Below, in pieces: positions 26,795 through 35,120 of a stretch of 37,543 nt of DNA. A model generated the notes under the pieces. That model was given only the letters and a program-made list of their open reading frames with translations, did no database searches and was not told the origin of the DNA. The stretch comes from Holophagales bacterium (GTDB taxonomy: Bacteria > Acidobacteriota > Holophagae > Holophagales > Holophagaceae), in assembly GCA_031273105.1 (NCBI GenBank), contig JAISSN010000105.1:1-37543 (forward strand), read 5' to 3'. A program made the position numbers and the translations under genes. Every line of letters starts with the position of its first letter. Position 1 is the stretch's first letter.

Positions 26795-29409
26795 GTAAAT
26801 ATTCAGAGAAAATAAAAGGGTTTTTCGGCGCCCACTCACTGCTGATAGTTTTTATCTTTGCCATCCTCGCGGTGCTTTCAATGTCGGTTTATACCCGCAG
26901 CCTGGTCAATTACTTTGTTCATACCAGCGAGCGGAACGTCAAGGATAAACTGCGCGTGACCAGCATAATGCTTGCTTCAATGGTCACCGCGGAAGAACTC
27001 AACTCCTACCGGGCGCCGGAAGACGTGAAACGGCCTGAATATCAGGCTCTGCGCCAAAAGCTGATGGTCTTTGCCGAGGAGTCCAATATTCTTTACGCCT
27101 TCTATCTGCGCGTGGAGGGCGATAAGGTGCAGTATATCGTTGACAACGACACCGACGAGGAAACGAGGGTGGGCATTGATACTCCACAGGAAGAACTCAG
27201 CGACAACCCCGAAATGCTGCCGGCTCTGAAGGGGGTCGTCGGCCTGAGCGAACTGGGAGTTTACGCAAAGGGCTGGGATGGCCTCATATCGGCCTACGCC
27301 CCCATCTTTGACAGCAAAGGCAACGTGGCCGCCCTAAGCGGGGTTGACATCAACGACGAAGAAATGGTGAAAATGCACACGCTGGAGCGCTGGCTCTGGT
27401 TCCTGGAGATCATTTCGGTAATCATCGTGTTTGGCTGCGGCGCATATGGATTTACTAAGTACCGCCGTGAAGCCAGCGCGGCGAAAAGCGCCAACGCCGC
27501 AAAAAGCCGATTCCTCTCGCGCATGAGTCACGAGATCCGCACTCCCATGAACGCCGTGCTGGGCATGAGCGACCTGGCGGCGATGAACTACGGAAAACCC
27601 CAGGGGCTGGAATACATAGCCTACATCAAGCAGGCCGGTAACAACCTGCTCACCATCATCAACGACATACTGGACCTCTCGGCGGTGGAATCCGGCAAGC
27701 TGCGCATCATGAGCGCGCCATACGGCCTGGCCTCTATATTGGGCGACGTCCTTGCCATCATCAGGATAAGGATACATGAAAAAAGAGACTTGAAACTAAT
27801 CATAGAGGTTGATCCCGATATACCCAGCATCATCATCGGCGATGAAACCAGGGTGAGGGAGATACTGCTCAACCTCCTTTCAAACGCCGTCAAATACACG
27901 ATGAAGGGCTTTATAAGATTTGTAGTCCAGTGCAAGCGCGAAGAAGCTGAAACGATTCAGTTGATATTCCAGGTTGAAGACACGGGCGTAGGCATAAAAC
28001 CTAAAGAGCTGCAAAACCTGTTTACAGAGTTTTCCAGGGGCGACGACAAGTACACCAGCAATATTGAGGGAACAGGGCTGGGCCTTTCCATCACCCGCCT
28101 GCTCTGCCGGGCGATGGGCGGCGATGTAAAAGTTGAGAGTAAATTCGGGACGGGTTCAAAATTTACGGCTCTCATCAGGCAACAGTACACCTCTGACTGC
28201 GCCCCCATAGGCGCTTTTGACGACAAGGCGTCCGCAAGCATAGAAACGATGCCTACCGGCTTCATAGCCCCCGACTTCCGCGTTCTGATAGTTGACGACG
28301 TCGCTACAAACCTGAAAGTGGCGGAGGGGCTTCTTGCGCCCTTCTGTATAAAGACAGACTTGTGCCAGAGCGGAATGGAGGCCGTAGAGTTGGTCCAGGA
28401 AAAAGAATACGACCTCGTGCTGATGGATCACATGATGCCGGAAATGGATGGCTTTGAGGTGGTCGCCGCCATCCGCGCCCTTGGAGGACGCTTCGCAAAG
28501 CTGCCCATAGTCGCTCAGACGGCCAATGTAGTGGTGGGCATGAAGGAGTTGTTCCTGAAAAACGGCTTCGACGACTATTTACCCAAGCCTATAGAAACGC
28601 GGAGCCTGAATGACCTGATCGAAAGGTGGGCGCCGCCCGAAAAGCGGATCTATGCCGACAGGCGAATTATGAGCGACAGGCGCGCAATGGCCGAAAACGG
28701 CGTTTCTTCTGACAGACGGGCTTCCAACGACAGGCGCGCCAGCCGCGACCAGGGGACGCCCTCTGAAAGCCCCGCCTCAATCTTCTACGGTATTGAAGGG
28801 CTGGATGTAGCCAAGGGCATTGCGACCACCGGAGGAACTGACTCCGCTTACGGAGAAGTTCTTAAACTTTACTGCCGGGACGTCAGCAAAAGGACTGAGT
28901 TTTTAAATCTTTCGTACGCCGAAAAGGATATTAAGGGCTTTATTACACATGTACACGCCCTCAAGAGCGCCTCGGCGGCCATTGGGGCTATGGCCCTGTC
29001 AGAGGACGCAAAGACGTTGGAGGACGCGGGAGTGCGCGGCGACTTGGCTCTGATCCGCGAAAATATTGAAGGCTTTAGGGACAGGCTTGGCAGTATGGCC
29101 GAGCGCATCGCCGCGGCCATTGTCCTAGCCACTGAACAAGCGCCTGGAGCGCGTAGCGAAGAAACAAGCGACAAACGCAGCGATCAATCATTCGCCGCCG
29201 TACTGCCCGCCATTCTGAAACTGAAAGAAGCATTGGAAACTGAAGACGTGGGCGCCGCCGACAGGCTTCTGGAAGAGCTGACGGCCGCGCCGCTGGACGC
29301 TATAGCTAAGGAAGCGATTTCCAGCGCCTCTGATTTTGTGCTGACATCTGAATTCGGCGAAGCCACCGATGTTATCACCAATCTCCTGAAGGGCCGGGAG
29401 GATCAGTAA
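26791..29409 (+). CDS. Membrane hybrid sensor histidine kinase (TM-Cache-like sensor-TM-HisKA-HATPase-REC-repeat linker-Hpt)
   Basis: Two transmembrane segments flank a ~170-aa extracytoplasmic domain (ISAYAPIFDSKGNVAALSGVDI). H-box FLSRMSHEIRTPMNAV, G-box GTGLGLSITRLL, receiver VLIVDDVATNLKV...VLMDHMMPEMDG, and Hpt HVHALKSASAAIGA. The start overlaps the response-regulator stop (ATGA). Confidence 0.85.
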   Translation: MSKYSEKIKGFFGAHSLLIVFIFAILAVLSMSVYTRSLVNYFVHTSERNVKDKLRVTSIMLASMVTAEELNSYRAPEDVKRPEYQALRQKLMVFAEESNILYAFYLRVEGDKVQYIVDNDTDEETRVGIDTPQEELSDNPEMLPALKGVVGLSELGVYAKGWDGLISAYAPIFDSKGNVAALSGVDINDEEMVKMHTLERWLWFLEIISVIIVFGCGAYGFTKYRREASAAKSANAAKSRFLSRMSHEIRTPMNAVLGMSDLAAMNYGKPQGLEYIAYIKQAGNNLLTIINDILDLSAVESGKLRIMSAPYGLASILGDVLAIIRIRIHEKRDLKLIIEVDPDIPSIIIGDETRVREILLNLLSNAVKYTMKGFIRFVVQCKREEAETIQLIFQVEDTGVGIKPKELQNLFTEFSRGDDKYTSNIEGTGLGLSITRLLCRAMGGDVKVESKFGTGSKFTALIRQQYTSDCAPIGAFDDKASASIETMPTGFIAPDFRVLIVDDVATNLKVAEGLLAPFCIKTDLCQSGMEAVELVQEKEYDLVLMDHMMPEMDGFEVVAAIRALGGRFAKLPIVAQTANVVVGMKELFLKNGFDDYLPKPIETRSLNDLIERWAPPEKRIYADRRIMSDRRAMAENGVSSDRRASNDRRASRDQGTPSESPASIFYGIEGLDVAKGIATTGGTDSAYGEVLKLYCRDVSKRTEFLNLSYAEKDIKGFITHVHALKSASAAIGAMALSEDAKTLEDAGVRGDLALIRENIEGFRDRLGSMAERIAAAIVLATEQAPGARSEETSDKRSDQSFAAVLPAILKLKEALETEDVGAADRLLEELTAAPLDAIAKEAISSASDFVLTSEFGEATDVITNLLKGREDQ
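28657..28749 (+). repeat. In-frame 18-nt tandem repeat (5 units) encoding DRRxxS hexapeptides
   Basis: gacaggcg recurs at 28657, 28675 and 28729, and gacagacg at 28711. The peptide is DRRIMS-DRRAMA-ENGVSS-DRRASN-DRRASR-D. Confidence 0.85.
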
Positions 29410-29537
29410 AATGAGGCTTGCTTATAGTCGTTTGCTTTGCGCGGCAGGCCGCCCTGGCCGGTTGTTGAACGAAACGGGGACGCAGGCGTGTACGCGCATA
29501 TTTGTTCCATTTTCCAGGCGCGTTGACTATTAAACTT

Positions 29538-30383
29538 ATGTCTGATCTACCGCCATCCTCAACCATAGGCATATTTGATTCGGGCGTTGGCGGCCTTTCC
29601 GTGCTGAGGGCCATCAGGGAATTGCGCGGGGACGTAAATATTTTCTATGTGGCGGACCAGGCCCATGTACCCTACGGCCCCAGGCCCCTGGAGCAGGTGC
29701 GGGGCTTTGCGACGGCCATCACTGAATATCTGCTGGGCGAAAGGGCCGAACTGATTACGGTGGCCTGCAACGCGGCCTCCGCCGCCGCGCTGTACAGCCT
29801 GCGTGAAAGTTTTCCCGAAGTCCCTTTTGTGGGCATGGAGCCGGCCCTCAAGCCGGCGGCGACCCTGTCAGGTTCCGGTACCGTGGGCGTCCTGGCCACG
29901 CCGGCCACATTTCAGGGTGAACTCTACGCCTCTGTGTTGGAGCGATTTGCCGCGTCAGTAACCGTTCTCACCAGCACGTGTCCTGGGCTGGTACAGCGCA
30001 TTGAAGCAGGCGACCTGGACGGACCGGACACAAGGGCGATACTCGAAGAGGCGCTATGCCCGATGCTTGACGCGGGCGCGGATACAATAGTCCTCGGCTG
30101 CACCCACTACCCTTTCGTCATTCCCCTCATACAGTTAATCGCGGGGCCGGGCGTCAAGGTCATTGACCCATCCCCAGCCGTAGCCCGCCAGGCCGACAGG
30201 TTGCTTAAAGAAGCGCGGCCTGCGGCAAAAATCGCGGACGGCCTCTCTGCTGGCCGCGTACAGCTTTGCACAACGGGAGACCCGGCGGCGTTCAGCAAAC
30301 TCTCGGCGGCGCTTTTCGGCGAATCAAACCCCGTCAGCCAATTGGCGTGGAACAAGGGCGCTCTATGCCAAGTGGAAATGTAA
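29538..30383 (+). CDS. murI: Glutamate racemase
   Basis: IGIFDSGVGGLSVL, VACNAAS and LGCTHYP. ATG 29538 is preferred to the TTG at 29502. Confidence 0.9.
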   Translation: MSDLPPSSTIGIFDSGVGGLSVLRAIRELRGDVNIFYVADQAHVPYGPRPLEQVRGFATAITEYLLGERAELITVACNAASAAALYSLRESFPEVPFVGMEPALKPAATLSGSGTVGVLATPATFQGELYASVLERFAASVTVLTSTCPGLVQRIEAGDLDGPDTRAILEEALCPMLDAGADTIVLGCTHYPFVIPLIQLIAGPGVKVIDPSPAVARQADRLLKEARPAAKIADGLSAGRVQLCTTGDPAAFSKLSAALFGESNPVSQLAWNKGALCQVEM

Positions 30384-30480
30384 ATTAGCGTAGACCGGTC
30401 AGGGGTTCGACGGTTAATCCAGTTTGATTGCAACTTGGTATTACGAGGTATGGACTACCATTTTTAAAATTGCTATATTG

Positions 30481-31974
30481 TCATGCGTTGATTGATATCC
30501 AAAACAGATAGGCAAGTAGCGTCGCCAAAATGCTTATCGTCGGCAAAATCCAGGCTGGGCGCGTTACCATTGCTTCCCCGCCCCGCTCGTCAGGGGCGGA
30601 AGTATTGATATTCTCAGAAGGCAGCACGGTGTCGCTATGGATATGCGAAAAGCGCGATTCCACAAAGGCCCTGGTTTGGGGGTGGACGTCGTGGAGCATC
30701 TTGACAAATGCGATAACGTCGCTTTCGAGTGAATTCAACTTCAGGTGATCCAGGTAGGATTTTAAGTCCAGCGCCATTTTGTGGGCCGAGCCGTAGCGGT
30801 CTGACAGGTTTTTTTGCAACGTCTTACTCAATATCCTGGCCATCGGCTTTGATACGCCAAGCTTTACTTTTTTTATGTCCCTGACGATCCCGCCCCTTAT
30901 CTTCTCCAGTAGTCCGAATTCGTCGTCCGCATTAAAACAATACTCCGTTGTGAGCATCTCAAAAAGGACGAGACCCAGGGAATATATGTCAGAACGGTGG
31001 TCAACGGACGAGCCGAGGGATTGTTCCGGACTCATGTACAGTAGTTTTCCGTGAAGCGCCGTTTCAGCGGTTTGATCAGGCGCGGAGTTGGCCGCCGTCG
31101 CTATACCGAAATCAATGAGCTTTACAGCGCCTTCCATGTTTACCAGGATGTTTTGGGGGCTTATATCCCTGTGAACCAAGTTCAGCGCCTGACCGCCGGC
31201 GTCCCTCCTCCTGTGAAAATAATCCAGCGCCCCTGCGGCCTGAGTGATCAGGAACGCCGCTATCGGCTCAGGAAACGTGATGCCGAGTTCTTTAGCTTTA
31301 TCAATCATCGCGCGAAGACTACCGCCATCCACGTACTCCATGGCGATGTAGCAGGCTCCCAACTCTACCCCGAAATCAAAAACCCTTGCAATATTCTGGT
31401 GATCCAGGAGGACTGCCAAATTGGCTTCATCAAGCAGCGCCTTAACGAACACGGGGTTTTGCTGGCGGCGAGGAAGGAGCCTCTTTATTACCAGGACGCG
31501 ATTAAAGCCTGATGGTTCCAGTTGCTCCGCCTGGTAAATATCCGCCATGCCGCCCGAAGCGATTTTTCTGACTAGCTTATACTTACTAAAAATCTCGCCC
31601 GTTTCCTCTTGCTGCGCCTGGGATTGCACTGCGGAAGGCCAAAATGGGGTTATCGCCGCCAGCCAAGCGTCAGGGGTTGCTCCGTGAGGAATATAGGCGT
31701 CCACGACCATCGGGAAGCTCATGGCGTTTTCGCCAACAAGTATCAGTGGAATGAAGGGGTCTTTATTTCTGAAAGCGCGAATTGATCGAATTGACGCGTT
31801 GCCCCGCCCTGAATTGACGACCAGCGCTGATGGCGCATGGCCTTCTTCTGTTACGGCAGGCCCGTCGGCAGAACCAATCCACCTTGCGCTCCACCCCTTC
31901 AATTGCAAGGCGCGCTCAAGTTCCTTCGTACGAAATTCGTCGGCGTCTAAAATCAATAACAGCGGATGTTTCAT
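30481..31974 (-). CDS. Ser/Thr protein kinase with an N-terminal degenerate receiver-like domain and a C-terminal membrane anchor
   Basis: Hanks motifs VLVIKRL, HRDISPQNILV, DFGIA and YMSPEQ. The N-terminal ~115 aa is CheY-like (LLLILDADE...). The C-terminal hydrophobic segment is WILPTISILATLLAYLFWI. Confidence 0.85.
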   Translation of the reverse strand: MKHPLLLILDADEFRTKELERALQLKGWSARWIGSADGPAVTEEGHAPSALVVNSGRGNASIRSIRAFRNKDPFIPLILVGENAMSFPMVVDAYIPHGATPDAWLAAITPFWPSAVQSQAQQEETGEIFSKYKLVRKIASGGMADIYQAEQLEPSGFNRVLVIKRLLPRRQQNPVFVKALLDEANLAVLLDHQNIARVFDFGVELGACYIAMEYVDGGSLRAMIDKAKELGITFPEPIAAFLITQAAGALDYFHRRRDAGGQALNLVHRDISPQNILVNMEGAVKLIDFGIATAANSAPDQTAETALHGKLLYMSPEQSLGSSVDHRSDIYSLGLVLFEMLTTEYCFNADDEFGLLEKIRGGIVRDIKKVKLGVSKPMARILSKTLQKNLSDRYGSAHKMALDLKSYLDHLKLNSLESDVIAFVKMLHDVHPQTRAFVESRFSHIHSDTVLPSENINTSAPDERGGEAMVTRPAWILPTISILATLLAYLFWISINA

Positions 31975-32145
31975 TGCTGGTTTAGTTTATCAGTATTTTA
32001 CGCTTCCGGCCCCGCAGCGGCTTTTGACCAGGATAACAAAAAATACTGGACTTTTTTTGCCTGCGTGATAGCCTGATCTTCGGCCTTTTTTGAGATTCAG
32101 GTCTTTAGATGGGCGATTCCAAGGCGGAAGGAGGGATAACTGTAA

Positions 32146-32352
32146 ATGCCACTGGTTAAGATCAAAGAAGACGAGACTTTTGAGAACGCTCTGCGCCGTT
32201 TCAAGCGCAAGTGTGAAAAGTCCGGTATCTTGAGCGAACTTAAAAAACGCCAGCACTACGAAAAGCCTTCCGCAAAGAGAAAGCGCAAAATGCTGGCCGC
32301 GCGCAAAAAGTCGCTCAAGCGCCTGGTGCAGGAACGCAGAAATATGGGATGA
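32146..32352 (+). CDS. rpsU: 30S ribosomal protein bS21
   Basis: [42 protein letters not shown] is a near-canonical bS21 sequence. GGAGGG RBS. Confidence 0.92.
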   Translation: MPLVKIKEDETFENALRRFKRKCEKSGILSELKKRQHYEKPSAKRKRKMLAARKKSLKRLVQERRNMG

Positions 32353-32388
32353 TACGCGCCAAAAAACGCCAAGCTCTCCCAAAAAGTT

Positions 32389-32416
32389 AAAAGCCCCGTC
32401 ATCAGGGGCTTTTTGT
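32389..32416. terminator. Bidirectional intrinsic terminator between rpsU and tRNA-Val
   Basis: The stem aaagcccc/ggggcttt has a 7-nt loop. A T-run follows on the plus strand and aacttttt follows on the minus strand. Confidence 0.65.
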
Positions 32417-32494
32417 TGGTGGACGCGATTGGAGTCGAACCAACGACCTCTACCGTGTCAAGGTAGCGCTCTAACCAGACTGAGCTACGCGTCC
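32417..32494 (-). tRNA. tRNA-Val (anticodon GAC)
   Basis: The reverse complement folds as GGACGCG-TA-GCTC..GAGC-G-CTACC-TTGACAC-GGTAG-AGGTC-GTTGG-TTCGACT-CCAAT-CGCGTCC-ACCA. Confidence 0.9.
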
Positions 32495-32609
32495 TGAGAG
32501 TTTTCATAGTATCAGCTTATGGGCGATTGTCCAGAGGAAATAGCGATAACGCCTGGTTGCCCTCCACAAGGCAAACGACTATATACTGAATGGTTGCGCC
32601 GGGTAAAAT

Positions 32610-33875
32610 ATGTCTTTCTTTTCGCGTTTGTTTTCAAATTCAAAAGCTCAAAACCTGCCGGGGTTGCTTGAACTCCTGGAGGCGCGGGGCGTTCCGGCTG
32701 ACCTGCCGGGCCTGGATGACGACCTGCTGGCGGGCTTTGACGCGCTGAAGGCCCGGGAACGCGAGTCAACGGCTGACGCTATCGCCTCACTGCACAAGCG
32801 CGGGCTTCCGCTACCGCAGCCTTGGAGCAAGGTACAGTATGAATTGTTGCCTCAAATCGTTACAACCTGGCAAGGGGAGCGGGAACAATTCCATTACCGT
32901 CCATGCTTCGACAACCTCTGCAAGCGCGTATTGGCGGACGGAAAGCCTGTGGTGCAGGAATGGTTCGCAATTTGGGACATCCATGAAGACTACCTTTTGG
33001 ATTTAGCCCTGGATCATCTGGAAGAGCGCACCAGAGATAAGCCTTTCGTTCGCTTGTCCAGCGGCATTTACCGTTCAGACTTCGGGGACGGCCTGGACGC
33101 GTCCCGAATTCTGCTGCCTCAGTATTGGAATAATTTGTTTCCCGGTCAAAATACATTTATAGCTATACCCAGACAGGGGCTTTTACTGGTCGCGCCCCAG
33201 GTGTTATTGCCCAAGCTGGTGGAGGCCATAGGGGAAGCCATGCGGGAGGCAGGCCCGGACGTGCTGGTACTTACCATGTATCAGTGGGTTGACAGCAAGC
33301 TGATGCCCGCCAGCCTTCAAGACCCGCACCCGATGATTCAGCCCCAGCGCGAATTCCGCCAAATGGACGCCATGGCGGCCTACAGCGCCCAGGCCGAGGA
33401 CTTGGCAAAAATGCAGATTGGCGTGCCCTGTCCTATTGGGATATTACGCACCCAGCAGGGGCGGACGCTGACGATGGCGACCTGGGTCGAGGGCAAACCC
33501 GCCCTGGCGCCGGATTCTGACTTGATAGGCTTTGTCTCTTCCAGGGGTAAACCTCTGGGGCTTTACTGGAGACAGACGCTCCCGCGCTTGCAGCGCATCA
33601 AGGGGGAGCCTGTTGATATCTGGGGGCCAAGGAGACTGGTATTTAAAGACTTTCCTACAGTCGGCGAATTGGAGGAGTTGGAGTGCTTCGCACCCGCCGA
33701 TGTTCACGCCCAGGTCTTGAACCCCCAGGCCGCCCAACAGGGCCGCCCCGCGCCAGACAGGTCGCAGGCGCAGCAATCCCAACAGTCCCACGCCGCTTCA
33801 GCGTCAGCTATGTCTAACAGCCCGGTACCCGCACACCTGCGGGGCCTGAGTTTGGGCGTTCAAAGCGATGACTGA
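32610..33875 (+). CDS. Hypothetical protein, 421 aa, with a Q/S/A-rich C-terminal tail
   Basis: Long ORF with coding-like composition. No motif I can assign with confidence. The middle region (NTFIAIPRQGLLLVAP) weakly recalls DUF1444/YtpQ-like proteins. Confidence 0.55.
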   Translation: MSFFSRLFSNSKAQNLPGLLELLEARGVPADLPGLDDDLLAGFDALKARERESTADAIASLHKRGLPLPQPWSKVQYELLPQIVTTWQGEREQFHYRPCFDNLCKRVLADGKPVVQEWFAIWDIHEDYLLDLALDHLEERTRDKPFVRLSSGIYRSDFGDGLDASRILLPQYWNNLFPGQNTFIAIPRQGLLLVAPQVLLPKLVEAIGEAMREAGPDVLVLTMYQWVDSKLMPASLQDPHPMIQPQREFRQMDAMAAYSAQAEDLAKMQIGVPCPIGILRTQQGRTLTMATWVEGKPALAPDSDLIGFVSSRGKPLGLYWRQTLPRLQRIKGEPVDIWGPRRLVFKDFPTVGELEELECFAPADVHAQVLNPQAAQQGRPAPDRSQAQQSQQSHAASASAMSNSPVPAHLRGLSLGVQSDD

Positions 33876-33907
33876 CCGCGCCTTAATGCCGTTATTGTAA
33901 AAAAAGA

Positions 33908-34963
33908 TTAATGTTTCCTTGCCAGGCCCAGCTTTTCCCTGATTATGCCCTCTATTTCGTCGGCCAATTCGGGATTATCCGATAATAGCTTTTTGACGTT
34001 TTCGGCGCCTTGCCCGAGGCGGCTGTCCTTGTATGAGTACCAAGAGCCGCTCTTTTGTATTATTTCAAGGCTGCTGCCCAGTTCTATCAATTCTCCGGTG
34101 CGGCTGATGCCCTCGCCGTACATGATGTCGAAGTTGGCGACTTTAAGCGGGGGGGCGACTTTGTTCTTGACCACCTTGACCTTGGTCTTTTTGCCCACCA
34201 CGCCGCCCTCGTCGTCTTTCCCAGTAGGCAAAATGTCGCCAGCGTTTCCCTTGATGCTTTGGCCTGAGCGAACCTCCAGGCGAACTGAGGAATAGAATTT
34301 CAGCGCGTTGCCGCCGGTGGTCGTCTCCGGGTTGCCGAACATCACGCCTATCTTCATGCGAATCTGGTTGATGAAAACAACACAGGTATTGTTGCGGCCA
34401 ATGGTCGCAGTCATTTTTCGCAGAGCCTGGCTCATCAGCCTGGCCTGCAGACCCATATGGGAATCGCCCATCTCGCCGTCTATTTCGGCTTTGGGAACCA
34501 GGGCGGCTACAGAATCAATAACGACGATGTCCAGAGCGCCGCTCCGCACTAACTGATCACAGATTTCCAGCGCCTGCTCTCCGCTGTCCGGCTGGCTGAT
34601 AAACAAGTTGTCAATATCCACGCCCAGCTTTTTGGCGTAGTCGGGGTCCAGGGCGTGCTCGGCGTCAATATAGGCCGCCAGACCGCCCTTTTTCTGCGCC
34701 TCGGCGACCATGTGCAGGGCCAGAGTGGTCTTGCCGCTGGATTCAGGCCCATAGACTTCAACAACGCGACCCTTGGGTACGCCGCCGACGCCCAGCGCAA
34801 GGTCGAGGCCGATGGAGCCTGTGGAGATGACCTCTATCCCATCCCCATCGGCGTTCATGCGGTCGCCCAGTTTCATTACTGATCCTTTGCCAAACGCACG
34901 CTCAATATCGGTAAGCGCTTTGCCCAAGGCTTTTAAGCGGTCTGATTGTTCGGGAGCGGCCAT
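33908..34963 (-). CDS. recA: Recombinase RecA
   Basis: Walker [35 protein letters not shown] and [23 protein letters not shown]. Confidence 0.95.
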   Translation of the reverse strand: MAAPEQSDRLKALGKALTDIERAFGKGSVMKLGDRMNADGDGIEVISTGSIGLDLALGVGGVPKGRVVEVYGPESSGKTTLALHMVAEAQKKGGLAAYIDAEHALDPDYAKKLGVDIDNLFISQPDSGEQALEICDQLVRSGALDIVVIDSVAALVPKAEIDGEMGDSHMGLQARLMSQALRKMTATIGRNNTCVVFINQIRMKIGVMFGNPETTTGGNALKFYSSVRLEVRSGQSIKGNAGDILPTGKDDEGGVVGKKTKVKVVKNKVAPPLKVANFDIMYGEGISRTGELIELGSSLEIIQKSGSWYSYKDSRLGQGAENVKKLLSDNPELADEIEGIIREKLGLARKH

Positions 34964-35120
34964 CTTGTTCTCCTGGAATGCGCTTCAAGCGCGATCTAAA
35001 CACAACCCCAAGCCAGAGCTAACTGAACCTGCGGGTTGCAAATAGAATAATACAATAAAACGAAAAAAACAAGAAGAAAAATCGAAAAAATAATTTGTGG
35101 CCGGATGCTCCATATACAAA

